A stretch of DNA of 64,000 bases, from positions 96,001 to 160,000 of the forward strand of contig JAYKHS010000011.1 in assembly GCA_035285865.1 (NCBI GenBank), given 5' to 3'. This document shows positions 8,444-18,387 of this stretch, piece after piece (positions within the stretch are counted from its first letter, which is position 1; the number at the start of each line of letters is the position of its first letter). The notes beneath the pieces were generated by a model. That model did no database searches, was not told where the DNA came from, and worked only from the letters and a program-made list of their open reading frames with translations. Both the position numbers and the translations under genes were made by a program. Source of the DNA: Candidatus Sericytochromatia bacterium. Its GTDB lineage: Bacteria > Cyanobacteriota > Sericytochromatia > S15B-MN24 > VGJW01.

Positions 8444-11400
8444 ATGATCGAGCCACTGCCCCACCGTTACCGGGTGATATCCACGCTCGGCCAAGGCGGC
8501 ATGGGTGTGGTCTACCGGGCCGAAGACACCCAGGATGGCCGCGAGGTTGCGGTCAAGGTGCTGTCCGCGCCCGAAGACGACGGCGAGGCGCTGTTCGGTT
8601 TCCGGCAGGAGTTCCGTACGATGGCGCGCCTGCGTCATCCGCACGCCGTCGAGGTCTACGACTTCGGCGAGACTCCCGGCGGCCAATCCTACTATTCGAT
8701 GGAAGTCGTCGAAGGCAGGGGACTCGACGAGGTCCTGCCGATGCCGGCCGAGACCGTTCGAGACGTCCTGATTCAGGTGCTCAGGGTCCTGGGCTTCGTC
8801 CACGGCCAAGGCCAGGTCCATTGCGACATCAAGCCCGAGAACCTCAGGCTCCGCCATGACGGTTCACTGAAGCTGATGGACTTCGGCCTGATGGTCGACG
8901 TGGGGTCCTCCGGCTCGACCATTCGCGGAACACTCGCCTACATGGCCCCGGAAGTCGCGCGTCGCGGCAAGCTTGATGGACGGGCCGACCTCTACTCGCT
9001 CGGGGCCGTGGCCTATCACCTGCTCACGGGGCAGGTGCCCTTCCCCGGCGACGACCCCGTGCTGGTCCTCAAGGCCCATCAGGATGAAGCGCCGCCCGCG
9101 CTGCCGGATGACGGAAGCGTCCCCGATGATCTCGTCCAGTTGGTTGATCGCCTCCTGCAGAAAGATCCACGCCATCGGCCGGCATCGGCTGCCGAAGCGC
9201 TCGCCGAGCTGGGCATCCAGACGGATGAGGAGCGCCGCACGCAACTGCTTGGCAGTCCGCTCGTCGGTCGCGCCACGGAGACTGCCGCCCTCCACGACGC
9301 CCTGGCGGGGCTGTCCGAAGGGCGGCCGGGTATCGTGACCATCACGGGCGAGCAGGGCATGGGCAAGTCCCGCCTGATCGACGAATTCCGCTTCCACGTC
9401 CAGTTGGAAGGCATCACGTACGTGGCCGGCAGTGCCCAGGGCACTGCCGTCCCCTACGGTCCATTCGCCCAGGTTCTGCGGGCCCTCGTGCCCGTCGTCC
9501 CGGCCGGGCTGCTCGATGCCCATCGTGGGGTACTGGCGCGGCTCATGCCCAGCCTTGCGCTGGAGCGGACGGTGGAGCTCGATCCGGATGAAGAGCAGGT
9601 ACGGCTGCGTGCGGCGTTCGCGGACCTTCTGGGTCACGCGGCCGAGCGCGGTGTGGTGCTTGTGCTTGATGACTGGCACGACGCGGACGAGCTGAGCCGC
9701 AAGATGCTGGACCACGTCCTGCGCAAGCTGGAGGACGGCCGATCGCTGGTGGTTCTGGGCGGTCAGCGGCTAGCGGTTCGCGGCAGCCTGCTGGAGCTCA
9801 AGGCACTGGATGCCGATGCAACGGGCGAGATGGTCCGGGCCATGCTCGGCACGAACCAGGTCGACGACGGGTTCGTCTCGGCGTTCCACCAGCTGACGGA
9901 CGGTCATCCCCTCTTCGCCGAGGCTTCGCTCCATCTGCTTCTCGAGCAGGACCTCCTGGTCCGGCGCGACGGGGCGTGGACGACTCGGGAACCGCTCGCG
10001 GCCCGACACCTGCCCAGCAGCGTGCAGGACCTGCTCAAGGGACAACTGGCGAGCCTCGGGGCCGATGCCCGCGATCTGGTCCTCGTCATGGCCCTGCTGG
10101 GCGAACCGGTTTCGCTCGGCTTGCTGGCCAGGATCCTGAATCTTGACGGCGAATCTCTGCTCGAGCGCGTGGAGCCACTCCGCGGGCAAGGTATCGTGGG
10201 CCAGGATGGCGATACGCTGCGGTTCGTGCAAAGCCAGTACATCCCGCTGCTGCGCGATGAGCATCGCGAAGGGGTGGCCGATTGGCACCAGCGCATCGCC
10301 GAAGCCTTGCTGCACCAGGCCGGTGGCGATCCCGAGGCCGTGCGGGAAGCCCGGATGGCAGGCCAGATGGCGCGACACTTCCTTGCCGCCGGTACGGATG
10401 CGCGCCGTGTGGTGATCGCCCTGGTAGCCGGCGAGGAGAATCTCAAGCTGTTCGCCCTGAGCGTGGCTCAGGAGTTTCTGATGGCAGGCCACGCCCTGCT
10501 GGGACCGGACAACGACGCCTTGTCGTTGCGTTACCTCTCGGCACTGGCCAATGTCGAGCGCTATCAGAACCTCACGGTAGAGGCCCTCGATCACGCCCGG
10601 CAGGCCTGCGTGCTGGCCGACCGACTCGAACGGCCGGCCGAGGCGGCCAATCTCTCCACGTCCATGGCCGTCCTGCACCAGATTCGTGCGGAGTTCGACG
10701 AGGCCCTGGCGTGCGTGACACGGGCAGAAGAACTCGCCCAGAAGCACGGTCTCGTCAAGGAGTGGCTGCGGGCGCTCAAGACGGCCTCTCGTATCCATTA
10801 CAAGCGGACCGACATCGTGCAGGCCATCGAGACCTGTCGCCGGGCGCTGCCTCTCGAGCACCTCGAGGGGGGGCCCCACGATGTCTCCGCGCACCAGGCC
10901 TTCCTGGGTTTCCTGCACGTGACGAACGAGGTGCCCGGTCTCACGACGCGGGAACGCATCGATCTCGGGGTGCGGTACCTCGAGCAGGCAGCCACCTTCC
11001 GCCGGACCTCGGGCGACAGGGTCGGACTGGCTGACAGCTTGAACCTGCTGGGCAACGCCCTCTGGCAGTTAGGTCGATTTGCAGAAGCCACGACGGCCTT
11101 CCGCGAGAACCTCGAAGTCACCACCGAACTTGGGGTCACGAACGACGAGGTCTGCGCGCTGATCAACCTCGCCATTCAGGCTGAGGAACGGGGGCAAGCC
11201 GACCAACTTGTCTCTTGGGGACGCGACGCCCTGCGTCGGTCCGAAGAAATTCGCAGCGACGACTATGCGTTCATTGCCGGCCACCTGCTGTCCCTGGGAC
11301 TGGCCCTCGAGGGTCGTGTAGACGAGGCCTTGATCGTCCGTTCCCAGGCGGATGCCATCCTTGATCGGGTCCCCGAAGGCGGGCGGATTTTCCTCGAACT

Positions 11401-13828
11401 GAACGTCCTGCCGTACGCGGCACAAGCCGACCTGGTCCTCGGTCGGACTTATGGGGCCCTCCAGGCGGCGAATCGGGCGTGGGAGCATACCGAGGCCACT
11501 GGCGTCCGCGAGTTCGAACAGCGAATTCTCGTGCTGCAGGGCGAGGCCTTGGTGCAGTTGGGAGAGGCAGCCGACGCCCTTGCTCTTTCGCGCCGCGCCA
11601 AGGCCATCGGCGAGGAGGTCGGCAGCCCCTCCACGGTGGCCCGTGCAGGCAGAGTCGAGGCCCAGGCGCTTTGGTCTCTCGGCGGGACCGACGAGGCGGT
11701 TGCCCTTCTGGAACCGGCGTGGACTGCTGCGGAAGCGTGCGGAGCAACGGGTGTTGCTCGGGATGTTGCCGAATTGGGCATCTCCCAGATGGTCGCACTT
11801 GGGGACCGCAAGGCCGCGAAACCGTGGCTGGACCGTTTGGAATCACTGGCCGATCTGCTGCCTGAGGCCGACGCGCAGGCGCGCCTGCAGATGGGCCGGG
11901 CAAGGGTTGCAGGGCGAAGCGAGGCCGGTGGCAAAGCTCTGGTTGCTGCTGCCCGATTGCTCGACGAACTGCTGGCCGGTCAGGATGCTGACCACGTCGA
12001 GGACTACATGTCCTTGGAGGTCCGCTGGGCCATCCGCCGGGGGGATCCGACCATCCCGGTCGTGCTGCGTGCCGACGAGGGGGTATCCGGGGCCGGTGGT
12101 GCCGATCTCCAGCGCCGTTACCTTCTGGCGCTCCAGGAAAATCGGACCCTGCAGACCGAACTCGAGAACGTGACACAGACCCGTGACCAGCTCGAGACGA
12201 TCGTCGACTTCTCGCGAAAGACCAGTCTCGAGAACAATCTGAACGAGCTCCTGCACCAGATCATGGACCAGATCGGGAATCTGATCGGGGCCGACAGGGG
12301 CTTTCTGCTGTTGGCAGACAGGGATGCCGACGGCAACGTCTACCTGAGGCCCAAGGCCACCTACAACATCTCCACTCAGGATCGTCGGCCCCAGACTTGG
12401 AAACGACCCGAGACCCTGGCCCGGACGGTCTTCGAGTCCGGACAAACCCTCTACATCGCCGATGTGCGCGACGGGACGGCCTCCGAAAGCACCCGGAGCG
12501 TGCTCGATCTCAATGTGCGGACCGTCCTATGCGTGCCCCTGCCCAGCCTTGATCTGTCGAACGGTTCATCGGGGCCCGCGATCGGTGTCATCTACTTGGA
12601 CAGGCAGGCCATAAACAATGCTTTCCAGGAGCGGGACCTGAAGCTGGTGGAGACACTCGCCTTGCAGGCTTCGCAGGCCATAGACAAGGCTCGCCTCTAC
12701 AGTTCCGTGACGGACAAGGCCCAGAAACTGGAGCACCTCAACGATCTCGCCAAGGTCGCCTCGACGACACTGGAGCTGCAGCGCGTTCTGGACGTCGTGG
12801 TGCGCAAGACCCTGCAGCATACCAATGCGGAACGCGCCTTCATCTTCCTCAAGGGCCCGGACGGGGGGCTGGTCTGCGAGCGAGCGATGAACAAGCAGGA
12901 GTTCGACATCCAGGACCAGCACGATCAGGTGTCCATGTCGGTCACGACCTCCGTCCTGCAGTCGGGAGAACCCGCCTGTCTCAGAGACACCCGAAACAAT
13001 TCGGTCTTCCAGGCCCAGAAGTCGATTCTTGACCTCGACCTCAGGACCGTGATGTGCGTGCCTTTGCGCCGACCCCAGCCCCCCCAGCAAACCGTTCGCA
13101 AGCACGACCAGGACAAGCGGAACCGCATGGCTCCCATGGAGACGCGTGCACCGCGGGAAGAGTACGTCGGCGTGCTCTATGTAGACTCCAAGGTCGTTGT
13201 CGAGGAGTTCTCGGACAAGGATCTTGCCCTGCTGGAATCGATCGCCAGCCTGGCGTCTTCGGCCATCTACAACGCACAGATGTACAAGCGGGCGACGGAG
13301 GACGCGCTCACCGGCCTGTATTTCCGTTCGTACCTCGAGACCCGCATGGAGGAGGAAGCCCACAGGGCACAACGAACGGGTGGCGAGCTGTCCATTCTCC
13401 TTAGTGACATCGACCACTTCAAGCGCTTCAACGACACCTACGGCCACGCCGTAGGCGACGACGTCCTGCGTCACGTGGCTCAGACCATCCGCAAGACCAT
13501 CCGCGAGGACGACGTTGCCTCGCGATTCGGGGGAGAGGAGATGGTCGTGCTCATGCCGGATACGGGGCCTGCGGGTGCAGCCGTGCTGGCCGAGCGCCTT
13601 CGAGCCTCCATCGAGTCGAACCCGCTGCCCGGCTCGGACGGCGAACCGCTCAAGGTCACGGTAAGCATTGGCCACGCCTCGCTCCAGCCCGGAGAAGAGC
13701 CCAAGCACATGCTGGAGCGGGCAGACCTCGCGATGTACCGTTCCAAGCATGGCGGCAGGAATCGCGTTTCGGCCGCTGAGGAGCAGAGCAGCGTCAGCGG
13801 CGACCCTGCCCCTCAGGGCCATGGCTGA
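8444..13828 (+). CDS. Ser/Thr kinase - AAA/STAND ATPase - TPR - GAF - GAF - GGDEF diguanylate cyclase
   Basis: GQGGMGVVY, VAVK, HCDIKPEN, DFG, APE; Walker A GEQGMGKS, Walker B LVLDD; TPR-like helices; two GAF domains (RTVLCVPL, RTVMCVPL); DIDHFKRFNDTYGH and RxxD-x5-GGEEM. Confidence 0.92.
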   Translation: MIEPLPHRYRVISTLGQGGMGVVYRAEDTQDGREVAVKVLSAPEDDGEALFGFRQEFRTMARLRHPHAVEVYDFGETPGGQSYYSMEVVEGRGLDEVLPMPAETVRDVLIQVLRVLGFVHGQGQVHCDIKPENLRLRHDGSLKLMDFGLMVDVGSSGSTIRGTLAYMAPEVARRGKLDGRADLYSLGAVAYHLLTGQVPFPGDDPVLVLKAHQDEAPPALPDDGSVPDDLVQLVDRLLQKDPRHRPASAAEALAELGIQTDEERRTQLLGSPLVGRATETAALHDALAGLSEGRPGIVTITGEQGMGKSRLIDEFRFHVQLEGITYVAGSAQGTAVPYGPFAQVLRALVPVVPAGLLDAHRGVLARLMPSLALERTVELDPDEEQVRLRAAFADLLGHAAERGVVLVLDDWHDADELSRKMLDHVLRKLEDGRSLVVLGGQRLAVRGSLLELKALDADATGEMVRAMLGTNQVDDGFVSAFHQLTDGHPLFAEASLHLLLEQDLLVRRDGAWTTREPLAARHLPSSVQDLLKGQLASLGADARDLVLVMALLGEPVSLGLLARILNLDGESLLERVEPLRGQGIVGQDGDTLRFVQSQYIPLLRDEHREGVADWHQRIAEALLHQAGGDPEAVREARMAGQMARHFLAAGTDARRVVIALVAGEENLKLFALSVAQEFLMAGHALLGPDNDALSLRYLSALANVERYQNLTVEALDHARQACVLADRLERPAEAANLSTSMAVLHQIRAEFDEALACVTRAEELAQKHGLVKEWLRALKTASRIHYKRTDIVQAIETCRRALPLEHLEGGPHDVSAHQAFLGFLHVTNEVPGLTTRERIDLGVRYLEQAATFRRTSGDRVGLADSLNLLGNALWQLGRFAEATTAFRENLEVTTELGVTNDEVCALINLAIQAEERGQADQLVSWGRDALRRSEEIRSDDYAFIAGHLLSLGLALEGRVDEALIVRSQADAILDRVPEGGRIFLELNVLPYAAQADLVLGRTYGALQAANRAWEHTEATGVREFEQRILVLQGEALVQLGEAADALALSRRAKAIGEEVGSPSTVARAGRVEAQALWSLGGTDEAVALLEPAWTAAEACGATGVARDVAELGISQMVALGDRKAAKPWLDRLESLADLLPEADAQARLQMGRARVAGRSEAGGKALVAAARLLDELLAGQDADHVEDYMSLEVRWAIRRGDPTIPVVLRADEGVSGAGGADLQRRYLLALQENRTLQTELENVTQTRDQLETIVDFSRKTSLENNLNELLHQIMDQIGNLIGADRGFLLLADRDADGNVYLRPKATYNISTQDRRPQTWKRPETLARTVFESGQTLYIADVRDGTASESTRSVLDLNVRTVLCVPLPSLDLSNGSSGPAIGVIYLDRQAINNAFQERDLKLVETLALQASQAIDKARLYSSVTDKAQKLEHLNDLAKVASTTLELQRVLDVVVRKTLQHTNAERAFIFLKGPDGGLVCERAMNKQEFDIQDQHDQVSMSVTTSVLQSGEPACLRDTRNNSVFQAQKSILDLDLRTVMCVPLRRPQPPQQTVRKHDQDKRNRMAPMETRAPREEYVGVLYVDSKVVVEEFSDKDLALLESIASLASSAIYNAQMYKRATEDALTGLYFRSYLETRMEEEAHRAQRTGGELSILLSDIDHFKRFNDTYGHAVGDDVLRHVAQTIRKTIREDDVASRFGGEEMVVLMPDTGPAGAAVLAERLRASIESNPLPGSDGEPLKVTVSIGHASLQPGEEPKHMLERADLAMYRSKHGGRNRVSAAEEQSSVSGDPAPQGHG

Positions 13829-13927
13829 CGCATAGTCCTATCGGCCGGTCTGTTCCCTGCCCTGTGGTTTTGACTTGTACCTCGCGGGGCAATTTTCCGT
13901 TGGGTCCATCTCTGTCGAGGTCATCGC

Positions 13928-16147
13928 ATGCGTCATCGCCGTCTCGGCTTCCGGGTGCTGGGTGCCACGGTCCTCGCCGGCTGCGTGCAGAACTCGACGC
14001 TCCTTTCCCAGACGGTGATCGTGGACCCGCCGGCAAAGCCCACCGACGTCGCGACCACGCCGGCGCCCGCCAACCCGGCGAACCAGCCTGTCTACGCGCT
14101 TTCGGACAAGGAGGCGCAGACCCTCGGATACATCAAGGTGGCACCTGGCCTCAATCTGACCGGTAGCGTGCTGGGACCGGAGCGACTCGTGGCCAACGGT
14201 GCGGCTGGGCTCATCGCCAACGGTGCGGCTGGGCTCATCGCCAACGGTGCGGCCGGGCTCATCGCCAACGGGGCAGCGGGTCTCATCGCCAACGGGGCAG
14301 CGGGTCTGATTGCCAATGGTGCCGCTGGGCGTCAGACAAGCAACAACCAGGTCACTCTTGACTATCCCGTCGCAGATGGCTGGGTAGCCCTTTCCTCTCC
14401 TCAGGGAGCCTTGCTGGCAAGGCCCGATGGCCAGCCTTACGGGGGCCTCACGGATGCTTCCGGCTCATTCACGCTTGAGGCACCGGCAGGGCAGATGGTC
14501 GTCACCGTCCTGCTCGAAGGCAACCGCAGACTTTCTGCACTCGTGGTCAACGACAGGGCGGACGGCAAGATCGCCGTGGATCTCGGGACCACCCTCGTCA
14601 CCGAGTACCTGCGCAGCCGAACCCGGAGGATCGGCAAGGATCTGGAGCGTGTCTTCGCCGCAGATGTCGGTCTCGTGCAGTACAAGGAGCTTGTGGCGCA
14701 GACCAACGCCATGTTGCGGAACAATGACCTTGCAGGCCTGACGGCTGCGGACCTCGGACTCGATGCCACCGAGTCCATGCTGCATCGGTATGCCCTTGCG
14801 GTCGGGCGCGACAACAGCGGTCTCCTGGGTAAGGCGTGGGTCGCGATGATGAAGCGCATCCTCGGCGAGCAGGCTCCGGTCGAAGAACTGATGCTGCAGC
14901 CGCTGGCACTCGACACCTCCGCGCTCGAGGCTCCCGTCAGCGAGACCTCCCGCGTGCTGGCCTTCGACCGCGACGCGGGTCGTATGTATCTGAACAGCTA
15001 CGGTTTCACGACGGAGTCCCTCATCGCCCTTGATGCCCAGGCAACGGCATCGCGGGTCGTGGCGAGACGGTACAAGTTCGCCGCCAATGGCATGTATGAC
15101 GTCCAGGCCATCCTCCCGGATGGGCAAAAGGACAGCGTCCTGATATCGGGTGTCTTCGGGGACCTCTTGGACAGCAGCTACTACCCGATCTTCGGCCTCG
15201 CGCGCCTGGATGGCAGCAGGACATTTGCGCCAGAGGGCCCGGAGCTCGCCCCGTTCCTCCGCGGAGAGTGGCAGAACGCCAGCCTGCTCCGGCCAGCCTT
15301 CGATGCCAGCGATTCCGTGATTCCGGAGACCGGCCTCGGGTACTTCATTCAGGACCTGGCACTTGCCACACCTGAATCGTCCGGTGCATCCCGATCCTTG
15401 TTCGCTGCCGATCCCGGACTGGGATGCGTGCGGGTCTTCGAGATGGCGGCGGACGGCCAGATAGCCGGGGAGGTCGGCCTGATCGGCAATGGCACCGACC
15501 TCCCACCGGAAGAGCGGGAGGCCAGGGCTGCAGCCCTTCCGAGTGCAGGTACGCAGACGGAACTCTACTTCATGGCTCCTACCAACCTTTGCTTTCACGA
15601 GGCAGGCGGGAAACGTCTGCTCTTCGTTACGGACACCGAGAGCGGCGTCATCATCGAGGTCGATCTGTCCGACAATTCGTGGCGCCGCGTTGCGGGCAAG
15701 CCCGCGCCTGCGGACAGGTCCCAGAGGGAGCAGGCTCGCAAACTGGGCATCGACCCGACCAGCATGCTCCCCGTGGACGACGGCAAGCCTGCAGCCGTCG
15801 TTGCTCTGAACTATCCCCACAAAGTGGTCATCGATACACGCAGGCGGATGTTCATCGCCGACTCGGATCACCAGATCATCCGGATGATTCGGCTGGACGA
15901 TCCGACCCGTCGCATCTGGACCGTGGCTGGCAGCCTGCTGGAAACGGTCATCAAGGAAAACCCCGGATCCCGAGCCATGGTGGAGCGCTACATGACTCAA
16001 CGCTCCGTCAATGTACGAGACGGTGAATCCAGTGTCGTCACGCTGGGAGAGGTCAACTCCATCGCTCTCGACGGGAATGGTGACCTGCACCTGACGGATG
16101 ACCGCACCCGTCGCGTCCGCGTACTCCGCATCGGCAACAGGCCCTGA
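13928..16147 (+). CDS. Lipoprotein with (LIANGAAG)x6 repeat and C-terminal NHL/beta-propeller region
   Basis: Lipobox VLAGC; NHL-like motifs LNYPHKVVID...MFIADSDHQIIR and IALDGNGDLHLTD. Confidence 0.85.
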   Translation: MRHRRLGFRVLGATVLAGCVQNSTLLSQTVIVDPPAKPTDVATTPAPANPANQPVYALSDKEAQTLGYIKVAPGLNLTGSVLGPERLVANGAAGLIANGAAGLIANGAAGLIANGAAGLIANGAAGLIANGAAGRQTSNNQVTLDYPVADGWVALSSPQGALLARPDGQPYGGLTDASGSFTLEAPAGQMVVTVLLEGNRRLSALVVNDRADGKIAVDLGTTLVTEYLRSRTRRIGKDLERVFAADVGLVQYKELVAQTNAMLRNNDLAGLTAADLGLDATESMLHRYALAVGRDNSGLLGKAWVAMMKRILGEQAPVEELMLQPLALDTSALEAPVSETSRVLAFDRDAGRMYLNSYGFTTESLIALDAQATASRVVARRYKFAANGMYDVQAILPDGQKDSVLISGVFGDLLDSSYYPIFGLARLDGSRTFAPEGPELAPFLRGEWQNASLLRPAFDASDSVIPETGLGYFIQDLALATPESSGASRSLFAADPGLGCVRVFEMAADGQIAGEVGLIGNGTDLPPEEREARAAALPSAGTQTELYFMAPTNLCFHEAGGKRLLFVTDTESGVIIEVDLSDNSWRRVAGKPAPADRSQREQARKLGIDPTSMLPVDDGKPAAVVALNYPHKVVIDTRRRMFIADSDHQIIRMIRLDDPTRRIWTVAGSLLETVIKENPGSRAMVERYMTQRSVNVRDGESSVVTLGEVNSIALDGNGDLHLTDDRTRRVRVLRIGNRP
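14186..14329 (+). repeat. Six tandem 24-bp coding repeats (L[V/I]ANGAAG)
   Basis: Unit CTCATCGCCAACGGTGCGGCTGGG with mostly synonymous variation. Confidence 0.95.
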
Positions 16148-16154
16148 GGTGACC

Positions 16155-18386
16155 ATGTCTTACTTCCGCCTTGCTCCAGCGTTTCGCGTGGCAGTGACCG
16201 TTCTTGCGGCCACAACATCGGCTTGTGCCATGCCCCCCTATCCTGCAACCAAAACACCGGGTAGGGTGCCGACGGATTCCAGCCAGCCGATGGCGGAGGG
16301 AATTGAGGTTGCAGCGAACCGGGTGGACGGTGCGGGCTTCGTTGCCGGGCCGGGCGTGCGTTATCGCGTCCTTGAGGGCACCATCAACGGGGGATCCACG
16401 AAGGTTTCCGGTACCGCGATTTCCGCAGGCGGCGTGCTTGCCGGTGCCCTCGTGACCTTCATGGATGATGACGGCCGCTTCCTGGTCCTTCGGGATCCCG
16501 AAAAGACAGACAGGTTCGCCTTGCTCTCCAGCCGGTGTGATGCCGAGGGACGATTCGAGACCCCAGCAGTCTTCCCTGTCGACCAACCTGTCGTGGCGCA
16601 GGTCCTGTTCGGCCAGCAACGACGCCTCATGTCCCTGGGCAAGGCGGGCGCGCCTCTCGCGATCGATGAAGCCTCGACCATCGTCCTCGAGTTCCTGCGT
16701 GGAACCCAAGTGGCGCGTCATCCCGGACAGGCCTATCTCACGGCGGGCACCAAGGCAAGCGCCAAGGTCGTGCTGTCGGTCTTCACCGGAGAGGCCGAGA
16801 GGCTGCGTCTCGCGGTCAAGGACGGCGTGTTCAGCTTGCCTGCGAGGGTAGGCAACGAGGCCATATCCGATGCGTTCACGATTGGCCGAGGCAACGAGCT
16901 GGCCAGGGATTACCTGTTGGGCATCGTGACCGGCAATGTCGATAGCCACAAGGCCTGGGGAACCGTTCTCGAACACGTGCCACTGGCCGTGCTCACGGAC
17001 GCGGGGAATACCCTGCTCAACAACCAGACCCTTACGCGTCCTGCTACCGCCACGCAGGAAGCATTCGGCGAACCCATCAACATCGAAGCCTCCGGCAGCA
17101 GCTACTTGCTGGTCGGGGGGCGTGCGGGACTCATCGACCGGGTTTCGGGCGGTCAGCGCATCACGTACCTCGGCAATTTGCCAAGCGGTGAAGATCCATC
17201 CGTCTGGCGAGACCCCGTGTCTGCGGATGGCTCGGAGACCGGGAACCTGTTTGCTGGCAGCTTGCTGGCGAATGGCGACATCGCAGTGACGCCTGCTCTG
17301 ACGCTCCGCACCCTGATCGAGGCCCGGCAGGACAGCATGGGCAACGTCGCCATGTGTTTCGACGAGTCAGAAACGCTCGGATTCGCATGCAGGGTCTCTG
17401 GCACCTACTTCGGCAGGGCCATGGAAGCTGGCCGCTTCTATGCTCTGGGCAACGATAGCCTGCCCTTCCGGGGCGAGCGCGAGACGGAACTCGCCAACAC
17501 CAGATGGGGAAGGCCTTTCGGCCTGGCTTTCGATGACGCCGACAACCTCTTCGTCGCGGATCGCGGGGCGAACCGCATCCGGATGGTCAACCGAAAGACG
17601 GGAGTGGTCCAGACGGTGCTCGGAGATGGATGGCCCTATACCGAATCCGTGCTTGGTGGCCTCGAAGGAGGCCTGGGAGACCTCGCCTACGCCCCTGTGA
17701 CCGAGGTGGAGACGCCTCTGCAGGGCGGCGGTACGGCATCGGTCGCCGTGCCGGACTTCGGCCGGATGAAGGACAGCTCGGACGGACTCCAGCCCGGCCT
17801 GACGGCGTCATTCCATCGTCCGACCCGAGTGGCGTGGCAGCGGCGCAAGGATGGGCATGCCGAGCTGTACATCCTCGATCTCTACAACCAGGCCGTACGT
17901 CGGGCTGTGGCTCCACTTGGCGATGATTTCCGGGATGCCAGCGTGACCACGCTGGTTGGCGCGGCTGCTGACGAGATACGTCCGCTGGATGCGTCGACAT
18001 CCTACGTCGTGCCTGTGGGCAGGCCGGGCAAGACGCCAACCACGCTCCGGCCACTCTCCGAAGTGGGGCTGGACCTTGTCGAGGTCGTTTCGGCTTATCG
18101 GTGGGTTCAGGCCGCAGACGCGGGCATCGCCCTGGATCGGGCGCGCCAGCGCCTCTACGTGACTGCGCCGAATGCCCGGCAGGTCGTGATGGTCGACCTG
18201 ACGACGAATCAGGGGCGCGCCATCGCGACGGATGGGGGCGGGCTCTTCGAGGGACCGGCCATGGGCACGGTCATGCCGACCAAGCTCGGTGGGCTCGGGG
18301 TGTTGGCAAACGGCGACGTCATTTTCGCCGACACGGCCAACAATGTGGCGCGCCGTCTGCGCACGGGAATCTGGATTCCGGAGTGA
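16155..18386 (+). CDS. Lipoprotein with NHL/beta-propeller repeats
   Basis: GAGGT SD, ATG 16155, lipobox-like TSAC; PFGLAFDDADNLFVADRGANRIR and GDVIFADTANNVARR. Confidence 0.85.
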   Translation: MSYFRLAPAFRVAVTVLAATTSACAMPPYPATKTPGRVPTDSSQPMAEGIEVAANRVDGAGFVAGPGVRYRVLEGTINGGSTKVSGTAISAGGVLAGALVTFMDDDGRFLVLRDPEKTDRFALLSSRCDAEGRFETPAVFPVDQPVVAQVLFGQQRRLMSLGKAGAPLAIDEASTIVLEFLRGTQVARHPGQAYLTAGTKASAKVVLSVFTGEAERLRLAVKDGVFSLPARVGNEAISDAFTIGRGNELARDYLLGIVTGNVDSHKAWGTVLEHVPLAVLTDAGNTLLNNQTLTRPATATQEAFGEPINIEASGSSYLLVGGRAGLIDRVSGGQRITYLGNLPSGEDPSVWRDPVSADGSETGNLFAGSLLANGDIAVTPALTLRTLIEARQDSMGNVAMCFDESETLGFACRVSGTYFGRAMEAGRFYALGNDSLPFRGERETELANTRWGRPFGLAFDDADNLFVADRGANRIRMVNRKTGVVQTVLGDGWPYTESVLGGLEGGLGDLAYAPVTEVETPLQGGGTASVAVPDFGRMKDSSDGLQPGLTASFHRPTRVAWQRRKDGHAELYILDLYNQAVRRAVAPLGDDFRDASVTTLVGAAADEIRPLDASTSYVVPVGRPGKTPTTLRPLSEVGLDLVEVVSAYRWVQAADAGIALDRARQRLYVTAPNARQVVMVDLTTNQGRAIATDGGGLFEGPAMGTVMPTKLGGLGVLANGDVIFADTANNVARRLRTGIWIPE

Positions 18387-18387
18387 A

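Noticed and set aside
14186..14329. 24-bp repeats as a CRISPR array
   Set aside because: No spacers, in-frame coding repeats with synonymous variation, and no cas genes.
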